DNA of 64,000 nucleotides from positions 1,130,362-1,194,361 of the forward strand of contig NMRA01000007.1 of the NCBI GenBank assembly GCA_002633005.1, given 5' to 3'. Position numbers and translations under genes: made by a program. This document shows positions 12,801 to 25,036 of the stretch, one piece after another. Source of the stretch: Phoronis australis. Taxonomy: Eukaryota > Animalia > Phoronida. How positions within the stretch are numbered: the first letter of the stretch is position 1; every line of letters starts with the position of its first letter. The notes beneath the pieces are model-generated. The model saw only the letters and a list, made by a program, of their open reading frames with translations, searched no databases and had not been told where the DNA came from.

Positions 12801-13264
12801 TGCAACGGTCAGTCCTAATTGATTAAAATTAATTATAAAGATAGTATAGTATTCAAATACATTCTAAAATGCACTTGGAATTTGTTTTGGAAAATTTCCT
12901 GCTTCATTAATTGGCTTGCTTCATACAGTGCTGTCTCCTGAGAATCGGTGTGCAATCATACATGATAACCAATTTTGATGTTTGTCGAAAGACCGTTAGC
13001 ACATGCGCAAATACATCATAAGCGTGAGGAAGATTAGAAACCGGCTGTGGTGGCTACAAAAGTTTACCGTCGCACGTAAAATACTGAAGTTTGTGATGTT
13101 TTTCTGGAAAATTTCTCAAATGAAAAGGTGAATTACTCTGTATTAGACGTTGTGAGATGATACTTTCGTCAGAAATTGTTTAAAAGACATTTTTGACGAG
13201 CTTTCGCGTTCCACGCCAGGAAGCCCATTGCTCTGTAATAGGTTATGAAGGGGGGAGTAGCATT

Positions 13265-13347
13265 GCGTCCCGGGTTCTATGCGTCTCGGGTTCTTCTGTT
13301 GTGTCCCGGGCTCTATGTGTCCCGAGTTTTCTGTGTCCTGGGTTCTA
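13265..13347. repeat. 16-bp minisatellite (TGTGTCCCGGGTTCTA); second array at 17499-17543
   Basis: About 5 and 3 degenerate units. Confidence 0.75.
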
Positions 13348-14267
13348 TCATAGACTTTATCCCACACTGACATGTGAAACTATAGATGTTGTATTACGTC
13401 ACGTTATTAACTGTGAATTACGGGAAAGTAGCGCCCATCAGTATACAACGGTAGAAGCAGTATTTCATGGTTGGTGAGCAGTATCCTGTAGAGTAAATTC
13501 GCGAGTGCAAGGCCAAATTTTATTGGGCTCGTTCATCTGCGTTACCTAAATCCTTAATCCAATGAAGGCGTCGTTCCTGAAAAAGCAGTTTTATTGCTCT
13601 AGAAACGAAAAGATTTAGCCAACCGATCGATGAAAATGCTGACGCACGGTGCCAGACGGCTATTTTTGAGCTCTCGCTGGTCCCCTACGTGCCATCACGC
13701 AGGTATCAGTTGCTGTGGCACGCACTTTAGCATTGGTTGATGTAACCTAAGCAGTCATTGGTTAGCTTTCAATTGCAACACCGTGAAAAAATGGCGGACT
13801 GTGAACGATTTTTAGCCTTGTCATGCAAGTGGCGTCGCAGCAACTATTTCGTTTCTGCAGTGATGTTTAATAGCCGTGTGCTTGAAGCACATACATGTAC
13901 GACAAACACATATCTGGCCGATTTAACGGTGTGTGAATACAGGATAGTATCGTAAACAAAAGTCATCGACAGCAGAGAGATGCACTCCGAAAAGGCGCAA
14001 CCACAATTTCTAGGATTCACATTTCCTGATGATAAATTTTAAACACCGATTTGTCTGCCCAACTATAGTTTACACTGCGGTCCATCAGTCATGCCAGTTT
14101 GTTTGCGGCCGAAGCGCAGCCTGTTGAGAATTCGACTAGCCAATCAGAAGCGCCGGTGTAAAAAAAATCCCGAGGAAAACTAAGTGATACCCTCGCTGGT
14201 TCCCTGCGTTCTTAGCCCAGCCAGCACGCAGGTATTACGCAGTGGCACGCGCTTTAGCGAGAAATGA

Positions 14268-15252
14268 CATAGGCGGATTTAGGGGGAGGCCAGGGGGCCC
14301 GCCCCCCCGGCTGCCGCAAAAAAAATAAAACAGCAAGAGCGTAGGGAAATGTTGAGTTTATTAATTTGCCCCGGTAATTAAAATTATACTGGTGAAAAAA
14401 GATTTAAATGTGTGCATTTTTAGTGTTTGGGGGGGCTCAGATCCAATTTCAAGTGTCAAATCGGGAACACGGCGCATTCGTAACGGAACTATGGCTAAGT
14501 GTAGGCTCTCCCGCGATATCCCAGGCGACCGGCAGCGGCGCTGCGCATGGTGCAATGAAGAAAATTTACTTCATTTTTTAAAGAAAATGGAACCTGAGTG
14601 ACGATGAAAAAACAGAAGCGGCTGGTAAGATGTGAATTTTAATCGAAGACTTAGTGAATCACTCAGAAACTCATTCATTCTCTCTTTGTCAAACCTTAAC
14701 TTGTGACGATTTCCAAAGCAATCCCGTCATTATTGCCAACACGAGAAACGGATTTGGTCTTTTGGGCATTTGAAGACTATTTTAAATACAAAAAAATTGT
14801 TAAAAACCGATTGCACAAAATATAAAGCGTGTAATAAGCATTACAAAAAGAAGTAGGTTTCGCGCGCAAACGCTGTGGACCATAAATAAGTAGGTCTCTT
14901 AGTCTCAGTTTATTTGTGAAATCGTGGTGTAGTGGTAAAGCACGCGCGTCCTAGCAGCCAGGTCGTGAGTTCGAGTCTGTGGACCTCGCAGTTTTTCCTG
15001 TGTGACACATTCTCCGTGTTTTTTTTTTGTTTTTTTTTGCCTTTTTTTCTTGAATAATACATCAGAAATCAAGGAAAATGCTTGATTTTTAAAGGAAAAA
15101 ACAGAAAAATTTCCTGGGCGGGAGGGGGGCAAACCCCACTCCCGACCTCCCCCCATTCGGTGCTATGCGCATCTACAATCGTGGTTTGCGCAAATGCTTA
15201 CAGCTGGACAAAATGTTGGGCCCCCCCTTGTGATAACCTAGATCCGCCACTG
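14268..15252 (+). mobile_element. ~985-bp non-autonomous DNA transposon, copy A, 5-bp TSD AATGA
   Basis: Termini CATAGGCGGATTTAG / CTAGATCCGCCACTG; AATGA on both sides; homologous along its length to the inverted copy at 16488-17390. Confidence 0.88.
14920..14990 (+). other. tRNA-derived (SINE-head-like) Pol III cassette inside transposon copy A
   Basis: A-box-like TGGTGTAGTGG (14925-14935) and B-box-like GTTCGAGTC (14969-14977) at tRNA-like spacing; no complete cloverleaf. Confidence 0.55.
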
Positions 15253-15871
15253 AATGATACCTCGCTGGCGCGGCTACCGCCCCACCTAGCGGCACGCAGG
15301 GAACCAGCGAGGCCAAAGATAATTTTTGGCCTCTCTGAACATTTACTACGTAAGCCAACAATGCGTGTACTATGCTGAAGTTTCAATCTGGGTCATCATA
15401 AATAGGTCAAGCTCAATAGTGTTCCCGACCAACAGCCAAAAATCTATTTCAAATCCAATGGAAACGTTTCGTTATGGACGCATACAGTATATATACACTG
15501 AGAGCTGAGGTCTTTAGAGGATTGTGACCTAATATCGAGTTGGCTACGAGTTACTTAGACGATATCGTCTGTTCACAGCGCATTCCGATGCCGATCGCTA
15601 GCGTCAAATCTGCGGCTTTCAGTTTGCAATACAGTCCTACAGTCCTTACCTCAAGTTCAGCAAATCAACACCGGTTTCCACCGTTATTTTCAATCGACTG
15701 TGATCAACACGGGTAAAAGTCTCTATTACTATTTACCGACCTTCGGTCTCATTGGGACGCACTGAGGTGAAATGAATTCTCAATATGGCAGTAGTATTCC
15801 TGTGTGTGGGATAACCTATATGGAACACCAACTGCCGAAGTATATATTACGCATAACATGACAGTTTTCCC

Positions 15872-16370
15872 GTTCAGTGACTTTACCAGACGAAGGGGGT
15901 TCTGAGCGTGTGATAACACTCTAGCTTCAGTTTGTTAACTGCCAAGCAAAGTCTTTTGTCTGTTATGACAACAGGCATGCTAATTATCTACAAGGCTTAG
16001 ACCACGTGTGAACACCGTCAAACCCATAGCGAATTGGTACATTGCAGAAAGAATAGATTATCGTAACTTCGGTTGCAGTTGGGGGATTTTGGTGATTAAA
16101 AAACTAAACATGATCAACATGAGACGAGGATTTCAGAAATGCTATTGATTTATGTTTTATTTTTAACAGCACAGCCCAGTCATTGGGCTACTGAGATACA
16201 ACCTTTTCGAAGATTAGCCTGAGAGCAATTATCGAAGAAAAGAGAGCTGGCCCTCCAACGCCGGAATGGAGTTAAGCCTAATGAGTAGTGTAAGCATTGG
16301 CTACAGGGGTAAACTTCCCAACTTGTTGTTGGGCAGTAGATTCGAACAAGTTGGGAGCAACGGGAAAACG
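15872..16370 (+). repeat. ~500-bp interspersed repeat; second copy at 55630-56114 in MAN2A intron 1
   Basis: Collinear blocks GTTCAGTGACTTTACCAGAC, GAAAGAATAGATT, CAGAAATGCTATTG and CCCAACTTGTTGTTGGGC...GAACAAGTTGGGAGCAA. Confidence 0.8.
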
Positions 16371-16487
16371 ACGCCGTAATGAGCCGTGAAGTCGCTATTC
16401 GCGAGCGACACCTGACAAACATAGCACGCTTTACTTCCGGGCACTAAGTACGTCGTGTGACAGTAAAATAGATGCAAGAATTTATAC

Positions 16488-17390
16488 CAGTGGCGGATCT
16501 AGGATATCACAAGGGGGGCCCAACATTTTGTCTGTAAACATTTGCGCAAAGCACGATTGTAGATGCGCATAGCACAGATTGGGGGTGGTCGGGAGGGGGT
16601 TTGCCCCCCTCCCGCCAGGAAAATTTTTCTGTTTTTTCCTCTAAAAACCAATCATTTTCCTTGATTCCTGAAGTATTATCCAAGAAAAAAAAAAACAGCG
16701 CGCGTGCTTTACCACTGCACCACCACGATTTCACTCGTGATTTGATTCTAAGAGACTTGCAGTCCACAGCGTTTGCGCGCGAAACCTACTTCTTTTTGTA
16801 ATGTTTGTTACACTTTTCATATTTTGTGCAATTAGTTCGTAACAAATTTGTTGTATTTAAAATATTCTTCAATTGTCCAAAAGACCAAATCCGTTTTTTG
16901 TGTTGGCATTAATGACGCGATTGCTCTGGAAATCGTCTTAAGTTAGGTTTGACAAAGACAGAATTATGAGTTTCTATATTCACTAAGGCTCCGATTACAC
17001 ATCTTACCAGTAGCTTCTGTTTTTTCATTGTCACTCAGATTCCATTTTCTTTAAAAAATGAAGTAATTTTCTTCATTGCACAGTGAAGCAGACGACGGAA
17101 GCAGAGTCGTAGTGCGCAGCGCCACTGCCGGTCGTCTGGGATATCGCGGGAGAGCCTATTCTTAGCCATAGTTCCGTTACGATTGCGCCGTGTTCCGAAT
17201 TTGACACTTGAAATTGGATCTGAGCCCCCCCCCAAACACACTAAAACTGCACACATTTAAATCTTGTTTCATCCGTATAATGTTAATTACCGGGGTTAAT
17301 TAATAAACTCCACATTTCCCTACGCTCTCGCTGTTTTGCTTTTTTGCGGCAGCCAAGGGGGCGGGCGGGCCCCCCCTAAATCCGCCTATG
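16488..17390 (-). mobile_element. ~900-bp non-autonomous DNA transposon, copy B (inverted), 5-bp TSD TATAC
   Basis: CAGTGGCGGATCTAG...CTAAATCCGCCTATG; TATAC at 16483-16487 and 17391-17395; an empty-site homolog of the flanks lies at ~2477-2600. Confidence 0.88.
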
Positions 17391-19214
17391 TATACCGTCA
17401 CAATACACTAACCGGAAGCTATGTTTAGAGGGTACTGCTTCCCCCAATATTAAGTAAGCAAATGTCGGAGTTAAGAATCTGTAGTCTATAATGTACGTAT
17501 GTGTCCCGGGTTCTATGTATCCCGGGTTCTATGTGTCCCGGTCTTTTGCGTTATAAACCAGGGACTAAGAGGACGAGTGTGCNCCACCCGAGCCCATCTG
17601 GTTGCGTGCATTTGCTAGTCAGTAATTCGCACTCCCAAATGGTATCTGGTAGAATTTTAGGGAGAGGGCATGGCCACTGACACGGGTCTATGCGCTCAAG
17701 AGAGTCGGACTGGCTGAAATCGCCATTGTTGTGTTTAAATCAAATTTCTAAGGTCACATTAAGGGAAATGTGTTACGTCTATGTCTTGCCATACCAAGAG
17801 GAAATGTGCTTAGCCTCGGACAGAAAAATTGATGCACTTACGAGCAGTTGACAAATGTTTTTTTGAAAGTTGAAGCTTAAGTAAAAATGCTTGACCATCA
17901 ACAGACTCCAAAATCTTTACGAATAAACCGTTAACAGTACCTGGTGAACAGTTTGACATCCGTTCCTGTGGCCCGGCAGAGAACCACTTTGAATAATATG
18001 TGACGTAGTATACTTTACGCGTTTTACTCTTTAAACCGGTTCAAACTTTGTGATGCCGCACCACAGTACCATACTAGCGGAATCCGATGCTTTTTTACAA
18101 ATACTAATCACATACTGAGTGCAAGAAGGTTTACAGTCTATGATAACACCTTGAATTAAAGCCTTACACTTGGATGAAATGCTAAAAAGATATCATTTAT
18201 GAATACATACATCAACAGCCAGTTTAAGTGTTGCGTACCGACACAAAAATATATTGATAGGATCGGCCTACATGTAATTGTTCTTGAACCATTCGACTGC
18301 TATTTTCGATTCTCAATGTCCCACAAATATTGGTTGCCAGCGTAAGCACTGATTTTGTGATGGACAGGGGGAGAGGGGGGGCAGGTGGAATGACGTCATA
18401 TCCCCTGGCGTGTGCAGTGTAAAAATGACGAGTCACCGATTTTGGGAACTGAACGAGTGACTGCTCGAAGAAATAAGTTTGATAACGGGAGTATTTCGTC
18501 GAGCTCGAAGGGTGAATTAGACATCCACGGCCTCCTAAGGTGTCCCTCTAGGCGCAAAAAGTATAATTCGCCGAAAACCTTCCGGTGTACAAAGCTCGAG
18601 CTAAACCGCCCTCTACTGGGCCAGCTAGAGACAGTGATCTCTGTGTAGCCGTGGCAGATTTTACAATACGTATGTAACTGAGCTGAATGCACGTCAGTAT
18701 CAAAGTAAAACAAGCGCATACGTGAATTCGCAACTGTTGTCTGTTTAATTTTCTTTTTACATGAAAGATTCTGCAGCTTCTACACTTAACTGGATCACAC
18801 AATTATAGTTTTCAATGTTGGATCGCCTACACACGTACATCAAGTATCCGTGAATCCAACAAATGCAATAAGACTGCTGAATTATTGGGAGATTTCCTAA
18901 TTTCTTATTTCTCTCACGCTACTCTCGACGCTATTGATACATGGTTCCAGGAATAAGGTATAGTTCATCAGAACGGCTATATAGAGCAAACCTCGAGGAA
19001 ATCTCCACTGCCTCCAAAAGTGACTTTACAAGAATATCTTTTCATTGATGGCAAACGTTAATAACATTAATCTTCCAGCCAAACTCACGAGCAGTGGCCT
19101 CCGGTGATCAGTTAACACGTAGTTTTTGTCCGTGGTAAAATTGTCCTGTATATCTTTATGAGTGATTGGAGTTTAGTGGAGGACCATTGGTAAGGGCTCC
19201 GCTTCATGGTCATA

Positions 19215-20821
19215 ATTTTGCGTCCCGCTAAACGGACATGTCCCCTGACTTGTAACCCTGAATCGCACGAAATACAAGTCCTTCGCATGTCCTCGAGGGA
19301 ATATGATTTGGTAGTAGCCTTTGACGACAATCGAAGAAACAAGACAAAACGCCGAGACGAGTAAAGTGGAGTATTACTGTTCTTTGTATCACAGCGGACA
19401 GAGACAGGTTAGTTCTGCAACGTTTTTACGAAAACTGAAAGAGCTCGTTTTCCATAGACGAATTTAGGGGGGCGGGGGCAGGGGACCTCCCCTATGGTAT
19501 CCTAGATCCGCCACTGCGTTTGCCCCATATAACAGACTGGGGTCGTGAGATATACACATAACGTAAAGGACTGTAAACGAAAAGTCAATCCTCATTTGGC
19601 AGTCATAGTCGGTATTTATTTACAAGACAATGATTCCCGATACCCTGCTAAGCCAAGACACACGACAGATCGATTTGCAACAGAGTATCGTAATAACAAC
19701 CATAACTAGATAGTGGAATGTTTAAAGACAGCAGACATATCAAAATAAACAATTCAGTTGCAAACAGACAACGAAGAACAAAACTCTATGACGGATTCAT
19801 CCGAACAGAAAGTTCTCCCCGGACTATAGCTACCGAGGGATGAGTCACTGAGTCATGAAACTCTCTTACAAGCCGATTGTGGCTGAATGCCGAAGCAAAG
19901 TTGAGTGAGACAATTTCTTGCGATTCAAGCGTACTTGCATACAAGACCGACTGGAACGTTAAGCGTTGAAATGCGCCCACGCCAGAACCACAAACGCTTC
20001 TNCGGTATTTTGCGTCCCGCTAAACGGACATGTCCCCTGACTTGTAACCCTGAATCACACGAAATACAAGTCCTTCGCATGTCCTCGAGGGAATATGATT
20101 TGGTAGTAGCCTTTGACGACAATCGAAGAAACAAGACAAAACGCCGAGACGAGTAAAGTGGAGTATTACTGTTCTTTGTATCACAACGGACAGAGACAGG
20201 TTAGTTCTGCAACGTTTTCACGAAAACTGAAAGAGCTCGTTTTCCATAGACGAATTTAGGGGGGGGGGGGGCGGGGGCAGGGAACCTCCCCTATGGTATC
20301 CTANNNNNNNTATGGTATCCTAGATCCGCCACTGCGTTTGCCCCGTATAACAGACTGGGGTCGTGAGATAAACACATAACGTAAAGGACTGTAAACGAAA
20401 AGTCAATCCTCATTTGGCAGTCATAGTCGGTATTTATTTACATTCACTATGATTCCCGATACCCTGTTAAGCCAAGAAGGCACAAGACAGATCGATTTGC
20501 AAGAGTATCGTAATAATAACCATAACTAGATAGTGGAATGTTTAAAGACAGCAGACATATCAAAATAAACAATTCAGTTGCAAACAGACAACGAAGAACA
20601 AAACTCTATGACGGATTCATCCGAACAGAAAGTTCTCCCCGGACTATAGCTACCGAGGGATGAGTCACTGAGTCATGAAACTCTCTTACAAGCCGATTGT
20701 GGCTGAATGCCGAAGCAAAGTTGAGTGAGACAATTTCTTGCGATTCAAGCGTACTTGCATACAAGACCGACTGGAACGTTAAGCGTTGAAATGCGCCCAC
20801 GCCAGAACCACAAACGCTTCT
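19215..20821. repeat. ~0.8-kb near-identical tandem duplication (19215-20001 / 20007-20821) spanning N bases
   Basis: Identical ORF translations in both copies; n at 20002 and nnnnnnn at 20304-20310. Confidence 0.9.
19453..19516 (+). mobile_element. 64-bp termini-only derivative of the copy A/B family (repeated at 20245-20334)
   Basis: CATAGACGAATTTAGGGG...TCCTAGATCCGCCACTG. Confidence 0.7.
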
Positions 20822-23800
20822 ATAGGGGTGTTTGTCAGAACCAATTGTATACAATATAAGGGCCACAACGTGCCGCACAAAACGTCAAATCTGTCTGAAA
20901 AGCAAGTGTTTTCATATCCAAGACAGACTCTTACTTGCCACTAATGGGGACAAATTACGTAAAATCCGTCAGAAAATAGAGAGGGGTTTTCTTCCCCATA
21001 ATTGAAAACCTATTGGGGTATTTGCCAAACTTCATGAAAATTCGTCAAAAATTGTAGACATAGAGGCGAACGTAAACAAAATTGCTGGGATGACAGAAGT
21101 AGTTGAATCCATCCGAAAATTCGTTCGAATCATCTGGTTCGTGATAGAAACATGTCTGCAAAATTTCACGAACACCAATCAGGGGGCTTTCAGTTGGTGA
21201 TACAGTACTACTAGTAGACGCACGGATTACGTACGGACACCGAGGACTAATGACGGCACAATGCGTCCCCACATATCGATACATCTTAAAAACAGATTCC
21301 AATAACTGACTCCTACTAATTAAAGGTATACTCCTGGACCATTTCCACCATTGCAAGTTTCCATGTTCAGGAATGGAATAAGGATCAAAAGAAACCATTC
21401 CGCCCAATCACTCACAATATATTACATAGCCTGTGTACGCAAACACGACAATCAACCGCTGACATAATTCCTAGCGGGTTAGTCCTTGCCTGTACGCCGA
21501 TATGTCAACCAGATTGGTCTCAACTGAGAAGTGATATCTGGATTTGTAAAGAACTAAAATTTCGTTGACCATGCTCAGCACTTAAAATGACACCCTGACA
21601 AGCCAATTGGTACAGCAACAACAATACGCAAAAACGAACCAGCAGCACTTTTTAAATCCACAAAGGACCTATTTGAGACCGGAAGTGGTATAAACCACTC
21701 TTTACAGGTTTCAGACATGTACATATGTGAAAGTTAGCCACCTGTGCCATTAACCATTATTTCAAATAATAGGCTAACCATGGACATACACACCACACAC
21801 ATAAAAGCATACAGTATCTGACTGAGATGCCCGTGTCAGGAAGTGAATGTCAGGAAATGATCAGTGTTACACAGAGTCGAGAGAATCTACTCAATTATAG
21901 AACCTGTGCTTATCAGCTGTTGCACAGGTCTAACAGATTTGTCTTTCAAGTATACAATCTCCCAAATTAAGAATGACTTGAGTGTTTAACCTGAAGAGTA
22001 TACCTTTAACAATTACAAAATATCACATTGGCAAGTCATATTAACAGGATTGGATTCATTTTAAAGTCTATCTTGAATGGTAACGCCATGTAAATGTTAA
22101 GAGCATGCTCCGAGTCCAGCAATATCATAAATTGCCAAATGTAATGAGCTATTACACCTATTGGCTACAGTGAGAATCACCTTTTAATTCACAACAGCCG
22201 TGACCAACACCTGCACACAATGGTGTTTTATTCAGACCCCTATTCAATGCAACTGCCATCGGCCATTTGTTACTTGCGCTGGGTTATCGCAGTGATGTAA
22301 TTCGGCACCAAAAAGCAACTTCACCTATCATCTAAAAGGCCTACATTTGAGTAACTAAACTCACATTTTCTAGACTTTGCTGTGACTATCTGCTTCATCT
22401 AATATAACAAAAATCCATTTAAGGTAGGCTTTACGATTTAACTCTAGCTAAATGTTCCTTCTACTTGAAACACTGGTCACAATGACAACAAAAGTTCACA
22501 CTCAGGTACAACAAAGAAAAACAGGACAACAAAGTTAGCATTAGAAAACCTACACATGAACAATTATAATTTCAACATGCGGGTATTACATCTGCAACTG
22601 AGCTAGAGGACTTAAGCAAAAGGGAATAGAAAACACAAACAAGCAACAAGCCAACACAATAGATAAGTAAAATGAATAGCCTCATTTGAGAATGTCATTT
22701 TATAATATGAAAAATCCAAATTAGACAGGATACCAGACTGAAGTAACCTTTATGTTACCTCTAAAAGCCATATGGCGACTGCAACAACAAACAATGCAAC
22801 CTCCATTTTCCAGAATATCCTTACAGCAGTGTAACCATAATTTTTATGAAATGGATCATTTGTATTTCTAAAACAGGCAAAACAATTGTTTATCATGACA
22901 TTATTCAGAAAATATGAATAATGAGACAGTGTATGTACATATCTTACAAAAGCTCAAAATCTTAAAATATCCCAATAAGAAAAACAGACATTTGCCTCAA
23001 TTTACCAGTCATTTAAAACTAGACATTTGCGCAAAACAGAAATCTATACATCTGAGTCATCTTGAGCAACATTCAATACTACTCTAACTCTTAGTGAGAC
23101 AACTTAGCAATATATAATCAACCTTGACATTGAATACAAGATGGCCGCCAAAATAGAATATATCCAATTTTTACCTATTGATCTTTTTACATGACTAGTT
23201 TGTTTCACGCTGGGAATCCATGTGTGTAATTTGCACTACGTTCCGATCATGTCATACACACAAAGTAACTATCAATAATACCTAACATTATGTAACAAGT
23301 GAGACACAAACATTACAGATTGTAGTTAACCGTGACCAAAGGATTTAACAACAAAGCCATGAGTATTTCAGTGTCTAACAAATGACGGTGTATTATCACA
23401 ATGAACACCTGATTCGTGTTGAACACTACGTCCACTGGTAATTAAATTGCCTCTAATATTATAGTATTAATTATACATGAAAACCGGAGACTTTCAAGTA
23501 GCAAGATGGAGAATGATTAGGGGGACCAGATACTAGTGGCCTCTAGTGGACGAGGAGGCAATTACTCTTTTGTTTAAAACTCCTCACATCTAACTGCAAA
23601 CAATGTAAAAGGGCTTTCTCTCAAAGTCAAACATGTTCTTCATGCCACCCGCTGCAAAGAAGTAGTACCTCCTGATACAACCAGGTCGCGATAAGAGCCA
23701 CCACAGTCTCATGTGATCAGTTCCATTGTTTCACAAGGCAACAATCTCATGTTTGTTACCAAGCATGTTCACAAGCTAGCCAGCTAAATTTAGGTTTGAC

Positions 23801-24883
23801 TGAGGATTTAAATACTATTGGAATCACTCAGAGGAAGAACACTGGAAAAGCAAGAGACTGAGATATACACACCAAACTGTAAAATGTCCCAACACCATTG
23901 TCTTTCATTCCTCAACATTGTCAACCAAGTCCGAGAAAAGAAACAATGTATCACAATGCCTCTTGAGGAACAAAAGACATCTATTTGTCAGCTTCGAAGC
24001 AGTACACGCGGACTGACTAAATGACATGATTTAAAAACATCGCAACTTTGTCAAAACTAAATTTGCTCTTAACTATCAATTAACACTAAAAATTACGCTA
24101 AGCGAAAGCAATTCTGATACTTTTTCCAAGAATTACATTCAACCTCCCGAAAAGCATATTGCAGAGGAAATTGTTCAAAAAGTGGCACTCGGTGCCCAAT
24201 TTCCGTGCAGAATTATGGAATAACGACAATATTTCAGAACAGGTACTTGTCTTGACTACTTAAGAATAGGGTGTAGTTTTTACTATCAATCTATGGCCAC
24301 GTTCAGTTTACTCATATTTACCCAAAGTCGCCCAAAAATTGTACATTTGTATATTACACAACTTTGTACAATGGCCAACTGTTCATGTGAATAATTGTCT
24401 TTTAGATTCATTTTCCAGTTGGTCACAATCTATTCAGTGAAGCAACAGCCAAACTCAAAGACCTTACCATTTCGCCAAGACTGTTAGCCAGCACTCTTTC
24501 TTTGCCCATTAGGAACAAAATGTTTGTCTACATGCTCATCACAATTCTACCTGATGACCTGTGCATGTTTCTCTTGGCCTAATTTCCCTAAATAACAAAT
24601 GATGACAAGCAACTGAGCGTGGTTTCATCAATTACCAGTCGACAAATGCATTTTGGAATTTTGTGGAATGTGTGAAAGAAAGAGATAGCTTTGAACTGCA
24701 AACTAAAAACAACGAGCTAGTAAACTAGCACAATATTCACACAGCGTTATCACTCATCGTTACTGATTGCACAAATAAGTCCAACAAACGCCGAACAGGA
24801 ACAGAGCAATGCACTCATGATGACGTAGGCGTAGCTCCAAGTTCTCCTGGAGAAATGATATGTGTCCCTCGACTTGGCTGGTG

Positions 24884-25036
24884 TTATGAGAAGTACACTT
24901 TGTAAGTGTTGATGTCCATGCTATTGACCTGAATCTCCATCATATTCGACAGCTCTTGTCCATCATGTTGCAATGTCAACGAGGTCTCAACCACTTTCTT
25001 AACATCAACATCCTTCAGCAGATTCTTTAGTAAGAT
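24884..25036 (-). CDS. MAN2A1: MAN2A terminal exon 21 (ILLKNLL...ETSLTL...[11 protein letters not shown])
   Basis: cttttag acceptor; TSLTL and M.I.TY C-terminal motifs; TAA at 24886-24884. Confidence 0.93.
   Translation of the reverse strand: MLLKNLLKDVDVKKVVETSLTLQHDGQELSNMMEIQVNSMDINTYKVYFS

Larger units (their letters stand above)
14191..15312. mobile_element. Short host MITE (19-bp TIR CCTCGCTGGTTCCCTGCGT) interrupted by copy A
   Basis: Perfect inverted repeat at 14191-14209 and 15294-15312; related partial copy at ~13672-13731. Confidence 0.7.

Noticed and set aside
14920-14990. Functional tRNA gene
   Set aside because: Acceptor and anticodon stems cannot be formed convincingly, and the sequence is embedded in a repeat.
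16488-17390. RAG/Transib-type element suggested by the 5-bp TSD
   Set aside because: The termini begin CAG/CAT rather than CAC, no RSS-like heptamer/nonamer is visible, and no transposase is present.
21045-21407. 120-aa minus-strand ORF
   Set aside because: Non-ATG start, no recognisable domain and no splice context.
24815-24886. Stop-codon readthrough of MAN2A (22 open codons after TAA)
   Set aside because: TAA-CAC is a poor readthrough context, the protein already ends at the family C-terminus, and this length is expected by chance.
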